NCBI GenBank assembly: GCA_016927285.1
Contig: JAFGMZ010000096.1
Span: 1,553 to 65,552, forward strand
Reading direction: 5' to 3'
Length of the DNA stretch: 64,000 nucleotides
From: Chlorobiaceae bacterium
GTDB lineage: Bacteria > Bacteroidota > Chlorobiia > Chlorobiales > Chlorobiaceae
Below the pieces are notes generated by a model. It had not been told where the DNA came from, made no database searches, and saw nothing but the letters and a program-made list of their open reading frames with translations. The position numbers were made by a program, and so were the translations under genes. The first letter of the stretch is position 1. Every line of letters starts with the position of its first letter. Positions 49,717 to 60,547 of this stretch are shown piece after piece.

Positions 49717-52227
49717 ATGTTCAACCAGAGAAGACTGAAAAAGAGAGCCTGCAGGACGCTCATGGTGCTGCTTGTCGCGGGATATGCCGGCAATGCGACT
49801 GCCGAAGAAAAAGAAGCTCCGCAGAATCGCCCGGAATACTCCCTCCGCCAGATAACGGTTCTTGACGAAAAGAGAGTTCTTGGCAAGAGTGACCTGAAAG
49901 GGGACTCGCTTCGGGCAATGCCGAACTATACCGGTTCCATAACAGGTGCGCTCAAAGGGATGGCCGACGTGCAATTCTCCAATGAGGCAGAGAGCAGTCT
50001 TACGGGCGGCGAAATCAGGCCTCCGCAGATCTCCATCAACGGTGCAAAACCCTATGAAAACGCATTTGTCGTTGATGGTGTCGGCAACACCAATACCTTC
50101 AATCCAAGCGGGCTTGGCGCCGAAAACAATAACTCTGGTGCCAGTTTTAACGACCTCAGCGTTCATGGCGCCGAACAGAACCTGTTTTACGATACATCGC
50201 TGCTTGAATCCGTTTCGGTTTATTCAAGCAATGTTCCGGCACAATACGGTGGATTCACCGGCGGGGTCGTCAGCGCAGAGATTCGGGATCCGCGTGCAGA
50301 CCGCTGGCATTTCAGCCTCACCGGCAGGCATACAAGAAGCGAGTGGTTTCTTCTGCGAGGGATCGATGGGGACTCGGAGGCGCCGGATAATCAGCCGGAA
50401 TTTTCAAAATACAGTCTGACTGCAATTGCCGATGGTCCGCTGTCCGACAATGTTGGTCTTATGGTGGCCGCCTCAAGGCAGCATTCCGTTATACCGCTTG
50501 ACAGGAAGGAGCGTGTCGGCATGACTGAGTACAGCTACGATGAGGACGATCAGCACAGGATCGGGGAAAATTATTTTCTCAAGCTTGTGGCAAGGCCATC
50601 CGAAAGGTTGAAGCTGTCGGTCGATGCAACTTATGCGCCCTATGAGGAAAAGCGTTGGCGGGCTGCATGGGCGGAGAGCGATTGGGAAATCTATAACGAA
50701 GCCTATAAACTGAATATCGGTGCGGACTGGACGACCGATCTTGGTGTCGTTAAGGCAAAGGCAGCGTATCTCCAGAGCGGTTACAGCAGGGATACCGAAA
50801 CCAGTTTCCGGTATTCCTATTCGAATTCCGTTTCAAGGGAGGGGGAGCAGTATGGCGGGGTTGGGGATGCTGTCAATGAAAATCGCAGAATTTCCTTCAA
50901 GGTAGATTTCGACTCGGTTCCGCTGAAACTGCCTCTGCTTAAAAACGTTTCAAGCGGCATTGAGTTTGCTTCAGAATCGCTCGATATGTGGAACGAGGAG
51001 GCTGTGGCCAATGTCTATGTCGAGAGTGCTACGCAGATTCTGCATACGTTGACAAGATACCTTGAGTACGATCAGTCGAAGTCGCTCGCGATGCTGGGTT
51101 ACTATGCTTCGGCGGATCTTGAACTTGGCAGTTTGCTTGTGACTCCGGGTTTCAGGATTGATTATGACGATTTTACCGGCAATACCGATATTGCTCACCG
51201 TATGAAAGCCGAATTCGATACGTTCGGCAACAGCATGTTTCGTCTGGTATCGGGTTACAACCGCTATTATGGTACCGCGCTCAGGGCTTACGCTTTCGAC
51301 CGGTACCGTCCCTATCTGAACAATCAGTGGAAAACAGTCAAGACTACGGGGGTAACGACGCAGACCATTACCGACAAGGTCAGCGCCGATTACAGCTTTG
51401 AAACTGACGGACTTGCTACTCCCTACTCCGACGAGGTGATGGGCGGTATTGCCGGTAATATCGGGAACCTCGGGTACGGGTTCAAGGCTGTCAGGCGCGA
51501 TCATCGCAAGCAGCTCCTGAACAGGGTCGAGCGGATCGATTATCCGGATGGATCCTGCGATTACAGGAGCTGGATGACCAACGAGGGTAAAGGGTCCTAC
51601 GAAGGGATTTCGGCCGACGTTTCCTGCGCTTTCGATGCCGGGGAGTGGGGCCGGCATTCGCTGACGCTGGGAGCCGCAAAATCGTGGATTAAAACGTTCA
51701 ACGGAAACTATTACGATAATGCGTTTTCGGAAAATAACGGCGTGGAGCGGGAGTATTTCATGGTCTTCTATAACGGAGAGCCGATGCTGCGTGCGGCCAT
51801 GCTGGCCGATAACTACAATGCGCCCCTGGCGATCACCTTTACCTGGCAGGGAAGTTTCTTCAACGACCAGCTTCGTCTCTATTCCGTCAACCGGTGGCGC
51901 GACTGGAGCAAAGGGCTTAAAGCAGACAAACAGATAAGCAGCGCCACGCCGTACGGGACGACATCCGGAAGCAATACGTCTCCAAGCTCATACTGGCTGA
52001 ACGAGACGGGGTCGAGGTATTACGACGCGTATGTCATAGGCGATATTGCGGGCGGCTTCATGTCGGATCTTTCGGTCGAGATGGATCTTTACAAATCCGA
52101 AGGGCTTACCGCCACGCTGACGGGCGACGTCTACAACCTGTTCAACGCGAGCATCGGAACCAGCGTTGCGGAAGGAGGGACGGTTCGCGGCCGGGGGTAT
52201 TATCTCGGTTTCCGATGCGAGTTATAA
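49717..52227 (+). CDS. TonB-dependent receptor (large, divergent plug family)
   Basis: Signal peptide, GEIRPPQISINGAKPYEN.F.VDG, SSNVPAQYGGFTGGVV, TPYSDE, C-terminal GRGYYLGFRCEL. Confidence 0.88.
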   Translation: MFNQRRLKKRACRTLMVLLVAGYAGNATAEEKEAPQNRPEYSLRQITVLDEKRVLGKSDLKGDSLRAMPNYTGSITGALKGMADVQFSNEAESSLTGGEIRPPQISINGAKPYENAFVVDGVGNTNTFNPSGLGAENNNSGASFNDLSVHGAEQNLFYDTSLLESVSVYSSNVPAQYGGFTGGVVSAEIRDPRADRWHFSLTGRHTRSEWFLLRGIDGDSEAPDNQPEFSKYSLTAIADGPLSDNVGLMVAASRQHSVIPLDRKERVGMTEYSYDEDDQHRIGENYFLKLVARPSERLKLSVDATYAPYEEKRWRAAWAESDWEIYNEAYKLNIGADWTTDLGVVKAKAAYLQSGYSRDTETSFRYSYSNSVSREGEQYGGVGDAVNENRRISFKVDFDSVPLKLPLLKNVSSGIEFASESLDMWNEEAVANVYVESATQILHTLTRYLEYDQSKSLAMLGYYASADLELGSLLVTPGFRIDYDDFTGNTDIAHRMKAEFDTFGNSMFRLVSGYNRYYGTALRAYAFDRYRPYLNNQWKTVKTTGVTTQTITDKVSADYSFETDGLATPYSDEVMGGIAGNIGNLGYGFKAVRRDHRKQLLNRVERIDYPDGSCDYRSWMTNEGKGSYEGISADVSCAFDAGEWGRHSLTLGAAKSWIKTFNGNYYDNAFSENNGVEREYFMVFYNGEPMLRAAMLADNYNAPLAITFTWQGSFFNDQLRLYSVNRWRDWSKGLKADKQISSATPYGTTSGSNTSPSSYWLNETGSRYYDAYVIGDIAGGFMSDLSVEMDLYKSEGLTATLTGDVYNLFNASIGTSVAEGGTVRGRGYYLGFRCEL

Positions 52228-52308
52228 GGGTTTGTTCGTGCTGCCGGTCAGGAGTGTCGTTTGCCGGCAGCGCTGTATTTGTTGATTTCAATGCGGTTGA
52301 TTGCAAGT

Positions 52309-53196
52309 ATGGATTCGCTTATAGCGTGTAAAGGTCTCAGGCATGCCTACGGCAGAAAGCAGGTGCTCCACGGTCTGACGTTCAGCGTGGAATCCGGCGG
52401 CATATTCGGCCTGCTCGGAAAAAACGGCGCAGGCAAGAGCACGGCGATCAATATCCTCATGGGCTTTCTTCGTCCGTCAGGAGGAACGTGCAGGGTGCTC
52501 GGCGAGGAGAGCCATGCGCTCTCTCCCGAAGTCCGTTCGCGTATCGGTCTGCTGCAGGAGGGGTTCGTACAGTACGATTTCATGCGTGTTGCCGAACTCG
52601 AGCGCTACTACGCGCCCTTTTATCCCGGATGGAATCGCGAGGTTTTCTACGATCTGATCGGACGGATGCAGATGCCCGACACCAGGCGGTTATCGGCAAT
52701 GTCGAACGGCCAGCGTTCGCAGGTGGTGCTCGGGCTGATCATGGCGCAGATGCCGGAACTTATGATTCTCGACGATTACAGCATGGGGCTCGATGTCGGA
52801 TATCGCAGGCTTTTTGTCGATTTTCTGCGCGAATACGTTACCCTGCACGGTACGACGGTGCTTTTGACTTCTCACGTGGTGCAGGAGCTCGATCGCGTCA
52901 TCGACCGCATGGTGGTGCTCAAGGAGGGGCGGGTCTGCGCCTGCATGGGAAAGCGCGAATTCATGGACTCTTTTGGTTGCTGCAGTTTCCGGCGTACGCC
53001 GGCTTCATTGGCGATGAAGAGCGACGACACCGTTCGCAGCATCGAGCATACGGCGAAAACCACCTTTGTCTATGGTTTTTTCAGTGAACAGGAAATTGCC
53101 GCGTATCTGGAACGGCATCAGGTGCTGGCCAGCGGTCTCGTGTCAGTTCCCATGAGTTTCGAAGATGCCTTTGTCGGGCTGACCGGCAAGTACTGA
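52309..53196 (+). CDS. ABC transporter ATP-binding protein with atypical Walker B/signature
   Basis: GKNGAGKST; MSNGQ signature; MILDDYSMGLD; TSH switch. Confidence 0.9.
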   Translation: MDSLIACKGLRHAYGRKQVLHGLTFSVESGGIFGLLGKNGAGKSTAINILMGFLRPSGGTCRVLGEESHALSPEVRSRIGLLQEGFVQYDFMRVAELERYYAPFYPGWNREVFYDLIGRMQMPDTRRLSAMSNGQRSQVVLGLIMAQMPELMILDDYSMGLDVGYRRLFVDFLREYVTLHGTTVLLTSHVVQELDRVIDRMVVLKEGRVCACMGKREFMDSFGCCSFRRTPASLAMKSDDTVRSIEHTAKTTFVYGFFSEQEIAAYLERHQVLASGLVSVPMSFEDAFVGLTGKY

Positions 53197-53240
53197 GTCG
53201 GGCGAAGGTCGATGAAATATGCAATAGCGAAAAACAGTAT

Positions 53241-55229
53241 ATGACAAAACAGCAGTTACGATCCCTGATTTCAAAAGAGCGGATCAAGCTCCGGAGAGGA
53301 ATATGGCTCCTGCCCATGCTGCTGCTTTATTCCGCTGCTGACTCCCTGCTCGCGCTGCACTCCCTGCAGCGCGCCTATGGTTCCTTCGGCCTGTGGGAGA
53401 CAATCGTATTCAGGCAGCCGCAGTTTTTCGGCAGGTATTTCCTCGTGGTCGTCTGCGCTGTCCTCATCGGATTTCTGCAGGCATGGCCTGAGTCGCAGGG
53501 AAAACGCCTCCGTCTGCTCTACCATACGCCGATCGAGCCGGTTTCGGGTATCGCCGTCATGCTTGCCACAGGCACCATCCTGCTGCTGCTGGTCAATATC
53601 GCTGCGACGGCCCTTTTTCTGGGGACCATGCAGTGGTTTCATTTTCCCCGGGAGATTATACATCTGGCCTTTCTGACCGTTCTGCCCTGGATTCTGCTCA
53701 GTATCGCGGCGTATTATTCGAGCGTGGCATTTTTCAGCAGCGGAAGCCCCGGCGTCAGGCTGCTGATAGGGGCGGCGCTCTATCCGATCTGGAACATGCT
53801 CGGAGCAAGGGGTGCCTATGGCCTCTACGAACATTCGATCTGGATATACGGCGTTGTAGCGTTTCTGTTCGTCTTCGTTGCCTGTTACGCCATTCTGCAC
53901 TATATGCGCCATGCCGCACGGGGCAGCGCGTTTGTTTTTTCACGTATGATCACCATCATTCTGGCAATCTGCGGACTTGGTTCCGTGCTGCTTGCGCTCT
54001 ACTGGAAAATCGTGATACCTGCGGATCCGCACACCTCGATGCACTTCAGTCCGGTACACCGCCAGTTCGTGATCAGCGATTTTCCTGCGGGCAAGGGAGC
54101 TGCTCCGGACGCCGAACCGCGCTACCGGCTCGAAAACGGCACCACCCTTTCCAGAGAACAGTATCGGGCGGCGCTCCCGTTTCTTTATGTCAGGGACCTC
54201 GTCAAATGGGAGATGTTTCCGGAGAGCATCGGCGGAGTTGCCATCTCTGCGCTTGAAGCCGAACGGGCATGGCAGTTCGTCCGACTCTCTTCGTTCGACT
54301 GGAATTCTCCTCCTCCGATGCTGCACATGCTTCTGGAATCGAATCCCGCCGGGGCAAGGCTGCAGAAGCCCGATGATTTTTTCAGGGTCTCGTATGACGG
54401 CTACGGAATCGAGTTTCTGACGCCTCATAATGGAATAACTGACCGCCCGAAGAGTCGAGCATTTACCAATGCGCTGGGTGATGCCGGATTTATCTATCCG
54501 ATTCGTGCTGTCGGCGGCAATCCTGATGTGAGAAAGCGGTACGATGTCGGCTATTTTCTTGCCGATTCCGCAGGCTCGCTCTTTCAGATTCGGATGGTGG
54601 ACGGCAAGCCTGCATGCAGGCGCCTGGAAGGTCATATCGAAGGCTCGGTGCGCCAAATCCATATCAAAGAGCATCATCGACAGGAGTACTACGGTTTTAT
54701 CGTCACCGACAGGGCACTCTATGCCGTCATGCAGAAAGACGGAGCGCTGAAGCGAATTCCCGTTGGACGTTTCAATGCTGACGATCTTACTCTGGCGCTT
54801 TGGTCCGACATCCTCTACACGTCGGTTTCCCTGGAGTCCACCGAAATGAACGATGCGGGCAGGTCGGGCATTGCCATGACTCCCGATTTCAGGGTCGTGC
54901 ATCGATATATGCAGCCGACCGACGCCGCATATATCGAATCGGTGAACGCGCTGAAGACATTCGCGGCATTTCTCTTTCCGGTTCAGATCATGCAGGACAT
55001 CTCCGGCTCTTCGTTCAGGTATCTGCAGGTCCGATATGCTGAATCGGTGCCGGCGGCGCTCTCGGGCAGCGTCTTTGCGCTTGTGTTGTCCGCTCTGATC
55101 TCAAGGCTGGGGTTGAGGCGCAGGAGAGGGTCGGATTATGCGCTTGTCGCCGTTTTCGGCCTGACGGCCGTGCTGGTGCTTCTTCTTTCGGAAACGGATT
55201 CGTTCCTGTCGTTTACGCGCCGGAATTGA
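53241..55229 (+). CDS. ABC-type membrane domain fused to DUF4857
   Basis: N-terminal LISKERIK plus several TMs with RLRLLYHTP; C-terminal LLES...PDDFFR..IEF...KSRAFT.AL...GNP..RK.YD.GYFL.D pattern of DUF4857. Confidence 0.75.
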   Translation: MTKQQLRSLISKERIKLRRGIWLLPMLLLYSAADSLLALHSLQRAYGSFGLWETIVFRQPQFFGRYFLVVVCAVLIGFLQAWPESQGKRLRLLYHTPIEPVSGIAVMLATGTILLLLVNIAATALFLGTMQWFHFPREIIHLAFLTVLPWILLSIAAYYSSVAFFSSGSPGVRLLIGAALYPIWNMLGARGAYGLYEHSIWIYGVVAFLFVFVACYAILHYMRHAARGSAFVFSRMITIILAICGLGSVLLALYWKIVIPADPHTSMHFSPVHRQFVISDFPAGKGAAPDAEPRYRLENGTTLSREQYRAALPFLYVRDLVKWEMFPESIGGVAISALEAERAWQFVRLSSFDWNSPPPMLHMLLESNPAGARLQKPDDFFRVSYDGYGIEFLTPHNGITDRPKSRAFTNALGDAGFIYPIRAVGGNPDVRKRYDVGYFLADSAGSLFQIRMVDGKPACRRLEGHIEGSVRQIHIKEHHRQEYYGFIVTDRALYAVMQKDGALKRIPVGRFNADDLTLALWSDILYTSVSLESTEMNDAGRSGIAMTPDFRVVHRYMQPTDAAYIESVNALKTFAAFLFPVQIMQDISGSSFRYLQVRYAESVPAALSGSVFALVLSALISRLGLRRRRGSDYALVAVFGLTAVLVLLLSETDSFLSFTRRN

Positions 55230-55234
55230 GGCGT

Positions 55235-55352
55235 CAGGGGATGCCCGATACGGGATTATACGCCACTGTACCTGCAGAGCGCACTCAATTATACCAGTCG
55301 AGACCTGTTACCGGACATCCGGTGCCTGTTTCGAGGAAAGCCACACACAGCT
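55235..55352 (+). promoter_or_regulatory. Conserved receptor leader, copy 2; possible degenerate cobalamin-riboswitch relic
   Basis: AGGGGA..CCCG-ATA-CGGG...CGCCACTGTA...AGTCGAGACCTG resemble B12-element motifs; identical 19-mer shared with 49630. Confidence 0.5.
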
Positions 55353-57185
55353 ATGTCACATAAACAGAAGTTATGCAAAAAAACCTGCCGCGCGCTCATG
55401 GTGCTCGTTCTTGCCGGTTTTGCCGGAGAGGCCCGGGCGGAGACGGACACGCAGACAGCGATACTCGACAGAATCGTGGTCAGCGCAACAAAAACGCCGC
55501 ATACGCTCGGCGACGTGCCGGTCGATGCGGAGGTTATTACCCGCGAGGAGCTGCTGAAGCGGAATGTCCAGACTGCACAGGATGCGCTTGACCAGACAAC
55601 CGGCCTGCTCGTCGGGAAAACCTCCAGCGGATGGGGCTCCAAGGGAACTGTCAGGATTTACGGACTCAATGCGAAATATACTCTTTTGCTTGTGGACGGC
55701 CAGAGGCTGCTGGGCGGCCATCAGAATGCGATCGACCTGCAGCAGATATCCATCGATATGATCGAGCGTATCGAAATCCTCAAAGGCCCTGCATCGGCAC
55801 TTTATGGCAGCGATGCCGTTGGCGGGGTGGTCAATATCATTACCCGGAACGGGACGGATAAACCCGAATTTTCAGGGTCGATTGCCATGGGTTCACGGGG
55901 AACGGTGGTTGGTTCCATGTCCGGTGGTGCAGGTTCCGAAAATCTCAAGACAAGGTTCAGCTATACCTACAGGGAGTCGGATGGTGTTGACGAGGAGCTG
56001 GACAGCTACAATGAACATATACTGCAGGGTACGGTATCGCTGAAACTGTCCGAAAAGGCCAAGTTCAGCCTCAAACCCTACTATTCGTTTCAGGATATGC
56101 CCGATCAGGATACAAAACAGGAGAGATATGGCATCAACGCGATGCTTGACTGGGCCCCTGACGCTCTCTCGTCGGTCAAGCTCCGAGGCTCTTTTTTCGA
56201 TTTCAATTACAAGACCGGGACGGATGATACCGTACTGGACAACTATGAATTCGAATTGCTCTATTCGCGAATGCTGTTCGACAGTCACCTCATGACTGCG
56301 GGTTACGAGTTCTGGAACGAAAGACGCGACTACTATGTTTCTGCTGGCCGGAACAGCAAGATAGACCAGACCCTCAACAGCTTCTATCTGCAGGATGAGA
56401 TCGATCTGTCTCCCGTCGTAATGGTGCTCGGAGCGCGTCTCGATTCCCATGAACGGTGGGGCGAGGAGATCAATCCGAAAGTCAGCGTGATGTTCAATGC
56501 GACCGATGACCTCAAATTCCGGGCATCGGTCGGCCGGGCATTCAAGGCGCCGTCACTGTTGAGTCTCTATGACGAATGGATGATGGGGACAATTACGGTG
56601 CATCCGAATCCCGATCTGAAGCCCGAAAAATCGATCGGATACCAGTTGGGGGTCGAATACGCATTCAACCCCGGCATCGTCGCGAAGGCGACCTGGTTCA
56701 GGAATGATCTTGAGGATATGATCAAAAGCTCGGTAAGGCGGGTTGCAGGAAGGATGCATATGTACTATGAAAACGTCGACGAAGCGATGACCCAGGGGGT
56801 TGAGCTGAATCTCGACGCAAGGATCAGCGAGTGCGTGTCGGCCAAGGTCGGCTATACCTGGCTCGATACGGAAGACAAACTCACCGGGATGGAGCTGATC
56901 TATGAACCTGAAAGCAAATTCGTTTCGGGCCTGAATTTCACGTTCTGTCCCGCTTCCCTGACGCTCGGTTTTGAAGCTTCCTATATCGGTGAGCGGTATT
57001 CCGATGCGGTCAATACGGCAAAGCTTGACGGTTTCTGGGTGTGCAACGCAACCCTGACCAAAAAGTTCACCGACCAGGCAGAGGCGTTTATCAGGATCGA
57101 CAACATATTTGGTGAAGAGAATATTGCTGATGAGTATGATCTTGATGGCACCGAGTTTCTCGCGGGGTTGAGGGTGAAGATCTGA
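55353..57185 (+). CDS. TonB-dependent receptor (BtuB-like)
   Basis: [49 protein letters not shown]. Confidence 0.93.
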   Translation: MSHKQKLCKKTCRALMVLVLAGFAGEARAETDTQTAILDRIVVSATKTPHTLGDVPVDAEVITREELLKRNVQTAQDALDQTTGLLVGKTSSGWGSKGTVRIYGLNAKYTLLLVDGQRLLGGHQNAIDLQQISIDMIERIEILKGPASALYGSDAVGGVVNIITRNGTDKPEFSGSIAMGSRGTVVGSMSGGAGSENLKTRFSYTYRESDGVDEELDSYNEHILQGTVSLKLSEKAKFSLKPYYSFQDMPDQDTKQERYGINAMLDWAPDALSSVKLRGSFFDFNYKTGTDDTVLDNYEFELLYSRMLFDSHLMTAGYEFWNERRDYYVSAGRNSKIDQTLNSFYLQDEIDLSPVVMVLGARLDSHERWGEEINPKVSVMFNATDDLKFRASVGRAFKAPSLLSLYDEWMMGTITVHPNPDLKPEKSIGYQLGVEYAFNPGIVAKATWFRNDLEDMIKSSVRRVAGRMHMYYENVDEAMTQGVELNLDARISECVSAKVGYTWLDTEDKLTGMELIYEPESKFVSGLNFTFCPASLTLGFEASYIGERYSDAVNTAKLDGFWVCNATLTKKFTDQAEAFIRIDNIFGEENIADEYDLDGTEFLAGLRVKI

Positions 57186-57211
57186 CAGGTACTTCTCCCT
57201 TCTTTCCGAAG

Positions 57212-57246
57212 CCCTGACGTACTGCGCGGTTCGTCAGGGTTTTTTT
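57212..57246 (+). terminator. Rho-independent terminator
   Basis: CCCTGACG-loop-CGTCAGGG-TTTTTTT. Confidence 0.85.
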
Positions 57247-57253
57247 ATATCGC

Positions 57254-58216
57254 TTATTGCAGGGTTTTTCCGGTTTGGATGGCAGCAGCATGCGTTTTCG
57301 CCATCTTTACGATCCACGCTTCGAGTTCCCCGTCCGGCAAAATCGAATCAGGTTTGTAGCGCACCCGCTTTTCATTGTCGTCAACAGCATTGACCCCTTC
57401 TCCGATAATCCCGATCTGGAATTTTTCGCTGAACGAGACGAGCAGGGGAATCACGATAGCCCGTTCATGCTTCTTGAGGATACGCCTGATTGCTGATGCC
57501 GTGCTGTCGGGGCTGTAGTGTGCGACATGACCGCACCATGCCGTTGTGTATCCGCCGAATCCGCCTTCCTTGCAGACCTGCTTTCCGGTATTTCTGAACA
57601 GATGTTCCCAATTTTCCTGGAATCCGCTCGATCCGTACCCGACAAGCACAAGCCCCTCTTCAGATGGATTGGCTGAAAGTGCTTGAGCTCTTCTCAGGAC
57701 GTTTTTTCCTATCAGCTCAGAAAATTCGAGCGGTCTTGAAAGATGTGTACGGGCAAGAGGAATGTAGTGTTCGATACCGTCGAGTTTCATCTGTTCGATG
57801 GTGGTCGGATTCTGTTTTTGACCGAAAATGGTAGGGATGTCGTCAAATACATGAGTGCCTACCGAAAGGAAAACCGGGATGACGATGATGTCGGTATAGC
57901 CTTTCCGGTCAAGATTTCTGAGTGAGGCAGCTATCGATGGTTCCGCGTGTTCCATGAAGGCTGTCGCAAGCGTGTCGATTCCTTCGATAGCCGCAACACG
58001 GGAAGATACCCGCCGCTCCAGTTCGAGCAGCTGCCGTTTCCATTCGTTGGAACGCGATCCGTGGTTGATGAGCAAGATGGCTGTTTTCTTTGTTCCCTCG
58101 TTCTCAGGATTGCCGTCAGCAGCAGGATTTTCGCCGGAAGTGCAGGCTGTTATGAGGAGTAGCATCAGGAACTGCATGCATCGGAAGAAGTTGAAATTGC
58201 AGGGCATTGTGTTCAT
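57254..58216 (-). CDS. CbiX/SirB-type class II chelatase, predicted lipoprotein (copy 2)
   Basis: Lipobox ITAC; LLINHGSR, AFMEH.EPSI, VIPVFL..GTH..DDIP; second domain LVGYGS. Confidence 0.82.
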   Translation of the reverse strand: MNTMPCNFNFFRCMQFLMLLLITACTSGENPAADGNPENEGTKKTAILLINHGSRSNEWKRQLLELERRVSSRVAAIEGIDTLATAFMEHAEPSIAASLRNLDRKGYTDIIVIPVFLSVGTHVFDDIPTIFGQKQNPTTIEQMKLDGIEHYIPLARTHLSRPLEFSELIGKNVLRRAQALSANPSEEGLVLVGYGSSGFQENWEHLFRNTGKQVCKEGGFGGYTTAWCGHVAHYSPDSTASAIRRILKKHERAIVIPLLVSFSEKFQIGIIGEGVNAVDDNEKRVRYKPDSILPDGELEAWIVKMAKTHAAAIQTGKTLQ

Positions 58217-58288
58217 GGTGGTGTGAAAAAAACTGCCGGGCTTTATTATGTATGTCCGGCAGGATGAGTGGATGGAGCGGAAGCGTCC

Positions 58289-58852
58289 TCAGAATTGCTG
58301 TGCGATAACGGCGATGAGAGGGGGTATGGTTCCGGCGGCAAGAAGCCATTTACCTCTGCCCTTCAGGCCGTTGTTTCCCCTGAGCATGAACATGCCGGTC
58401 ACGGTAATGGCTATCAGCATGAGGGCGAAGAGGTCCGATACCCATTTCCACCATTCGACGCTGTTTCGGTGCAGCACGTTGACCTGATAGAACAGGGGGC
58501 GTCGCGATACCTTCTCATAAGTGCCCTTGCCGCTTGCGAGGTCGATCTGCATGGTTGCGTTCCTGTAATAGATCTTGACCTGCCGTTCCGATGGGAAGTC
58601 GTACAGCCGGAAGCCGTTCTCTCCTGCCAGAGCGCTGAACGCTTCGATGCGATCGGGAGTGATGTCGTTGTTGTCATACCGGCGATCAAGGGCGATCTCC
58701 TTTTTCGTGATGACGAAATCGGGGTTCCAGTTGTCCATATGGTTCAGAGCTATTCCTGAAATGCTGTAGGCGATGATCAGGGCCGCAAAGAAATATCCCA
58801 GATCGCGGTGCAGTACGTTGTTTATTTTTCTTGCCTTGTCAAATTTTGCCAT
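58289..58852 (-). CDS. PepSY-associated TM helix protein
   Basis: LHRDLGYFF...SGIALNH, N.LHRN, ITG. Confidence 0.85.
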   Translation of the reverse strand: MAKFDKARKINNVLHRDLGYFFAALIIAYSISGIALNHMDNWNPDFVITKKEIALDRRYDNNDITPDRIEAFSALAGENGFRLYDFPSERQVKIYYRNATMQIDLASGKGTYEKVSRRPLFYQVNVLHRNSVEWWKWVSDLFALMLIAITVTGMFMLRGNNGLKGRGKWLLAAGTIPPLIAVIAQQF

Positions 58853-58868
58853 GGATGGTGCCCGCTTA

Positions 58869-59813
58869 TTATTTTTTTGACGATGAGATATCGGCCAAGG
58901 CTGTTTTTACAGCGTTCACGATCCACTGTTCGATAGAGGGGTCGGGAAGCAGCGCGTCGGGTTTGTAGAGGATCCTCGATTTTTCAGCCGAGGCTTTTTC
59001 AAGTCCCGATCCGATGATTCGTATCTGAAAGTTTTCATCGTGGGCGACGAGTACCGGAATGACGATGGCATGCTGTTTCCGCTTCAGCATTCTTTTGACG
59101 GCAACGGTCGTCGAGTCTGATCGATATCGTACGATATGGCCGCACCATGCATGGGCATAGGCATCGACGCCGGTCTCTTTTTTTACCGAAGCGCCCACTT
59201 TGTCGAACAGGTCGTTCCACTCCTTTTCGTAGGCTTCGTCACCATAGCCGATGAGCACAAGTCCTTCCTGTGAAGGTTTTTTCGAAAGGGCTTTGACCCT
59301 TCTCACAACATTCTGCTGGAGCGCTTCACCGAAATCGAGCAGGGGGGTCATGTGTATTGCCGCATCGGGCTTGTACCGTTCGATCTTTTCAAGTTTAAGT
59401 GTTTCCATCGACCGTGGATCTTCCTTCTGGCCCATGATGGTCGGCAGATCGTCGAACGAGTGTGGGCTGACGGTCAGGAAAACAGGCACGACTACGACAT
59501 CGGAATATCCTTCCTTGTCGAACTCTTTCAGACGCGTCGCTATTGACGGTTCGGTGTACTCCATGAAAGCGGTTTTAATGCCCGAAACTTTGCCGTCAGC
59601 CATGATTTCAGGGGTAACGGACTTTTCAAGTTCGAAGAGGGCATCGCGCCAGGTTTTCGATGGTGATCCGTGGCTTACAAGGAGTATCCCGGTTTTTTTG
59701 GATGCATTTGCAGATCTTACAGGCTCCTTCAAGTTTTTGGAAGAACATGCCTGAATCGTCGTTGTGAGCAGCATGAGAATGAGAATGAGACGAAGGAGGG
59801 ATGAGCGGTTCAT
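58869..59813 (-). CDS. CbiX/SirB-type class II chelatase, predicted lipoprotein (copy 1)
   Basis: Lipobox IQAC; [35 protein letters not shown]; paralog of 57254..58216. Confidence 0.82.
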   Translation of the reverse strand: MNRSSLLRLILILMLLTTTIQACSSKNLKEPVRSANASKKTGILLVSHGSPSKTWRDALFELEKSVTPEIMADGKVSGIKTAFMEYTEPSIATRLKEFDKEGYSDVVVVPVFLTVSPHSFDDLPTIMGQKEDPRSMETLKLEKIERYKPDAAIHMTPLLDFGEALQQNVVRRVKALSKKPSQEGLVLIGYGDEAYEKEWNDLFDKVGASVKKETGVDAYAHAWCGHIVRYRSDSTTVAVKRMLKRKQHAIVIPVLVAHDENFQIRIIGSGLEKASAEKSRILYKPDALLPDPSIEQWIVNAVKTALADISSSKK

Positions 59814-59920
59814 AGATTATATGTTATTCTGATGGATAATCGTTATTAAAACACAGTCAATATAAACATAAAATCATTTTATCCGCAAAAGCCTGATGAA
59901 CGGAAAATATAGCGAGAAAA

Positions 59921-59942
59921 TTATTTTGATTTTGTCTAAATA
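59921..59942. promoter_or_regulatory. Palindromic operator upstream of the chelatase operon
   Basis: Reverse complement TATTTAGACAAAATCAAAATAA matches TATTTAGACAATGTCAAAATAA (62288) at 20 of 22 positions. Confidence 0.7.
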
Positions 59943-60028
59943 TAGTATAGATTATTTGCAGACAGTTGAAGAGGGTTGTTTTTTTTCTGCTGTTTTTTTT
60001 CTCCGTTTTATGGTTGTGTTGTTCTTTC

Positions 60029-60062
60029 AAAAAACCCCCGGGTGCCACGGGGGCTTTTTTTT
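60029..60062. terminator. Bidirectional terminator-like hairpin, the insertion target of the group IIC intron relic
   Basis: AAAAAA-CCCCCG-loop-CGGGGG-C-TTTTTTTT. Confidence 0.8.
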
Positions 60063-60265
60063 GCGTTTAGCATAAGCGTAATTTTGAGATGAAAGCTCCG
60101 CAGTGAGTTGATTACGGCGAACGAAGTGAAGCGCAACCGCAAGGGAGTGAACGATTGTTGGGAGGAATCGCGGAACGAATCCTTGAGCGACAGGCAAGAC
60201 CCTGATATAAGGAATGGCCGAACTGAGCAGGCAGGTATGAGGCTGTAAAGTTCTCGTGGTCAAGG
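60061..60265 (+). mobile_element. Truncated group IIC intron, 5' end (domain I)
   Basis: TTGCG..AGCAT..GCG start, GAAGTGAAGCGCAAC, TGGGAGGAA, CTCGTGGTCAAGG blocks typical of class C introns; lies directly after a terminator. Confidence 0.8.
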
Positions 60266-60545
60266 TTCAGGCTGTTACTGAGAGAATGCCTGATGATCTA
60301 CCGATTGAAGAGTTCCATGATCACAGTCAAATATTGCCAACCGGTCACGCTACGGATGTACGTGATATCACTCGTCCATACCTCGAAAGGCATTTCTGCC
60401 GGGAGCACCTACCCCAGGAGGTTCGGCGCTATGGGCTCATTGTGGTTCGAGTCCGTCGTGACCTTGAACTTCCTGGCACACTTTGCGCGAATGCCCAATT
60501 CTCGCATCAGACGGGCAGTCCGAGGTCGGCTGCACTGTCGAGCAA
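60266..60545 (-). mobile_element. IS3-family transposase (OrfB) fragment
   Basis: [30 protein letters not shown]...VWTSDITYI...[14 protein letters not shown]; two in-frame stops. Confidence 0.85.
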
Positions 60546-60547
60546 TT

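Noticed and set aside
55235-55352. Intact cobalamin riboswitch
   Set aside because: Only short motifs are recognisable and the region lacks the conserved loops of a full aptamer; reported only as a possible relic
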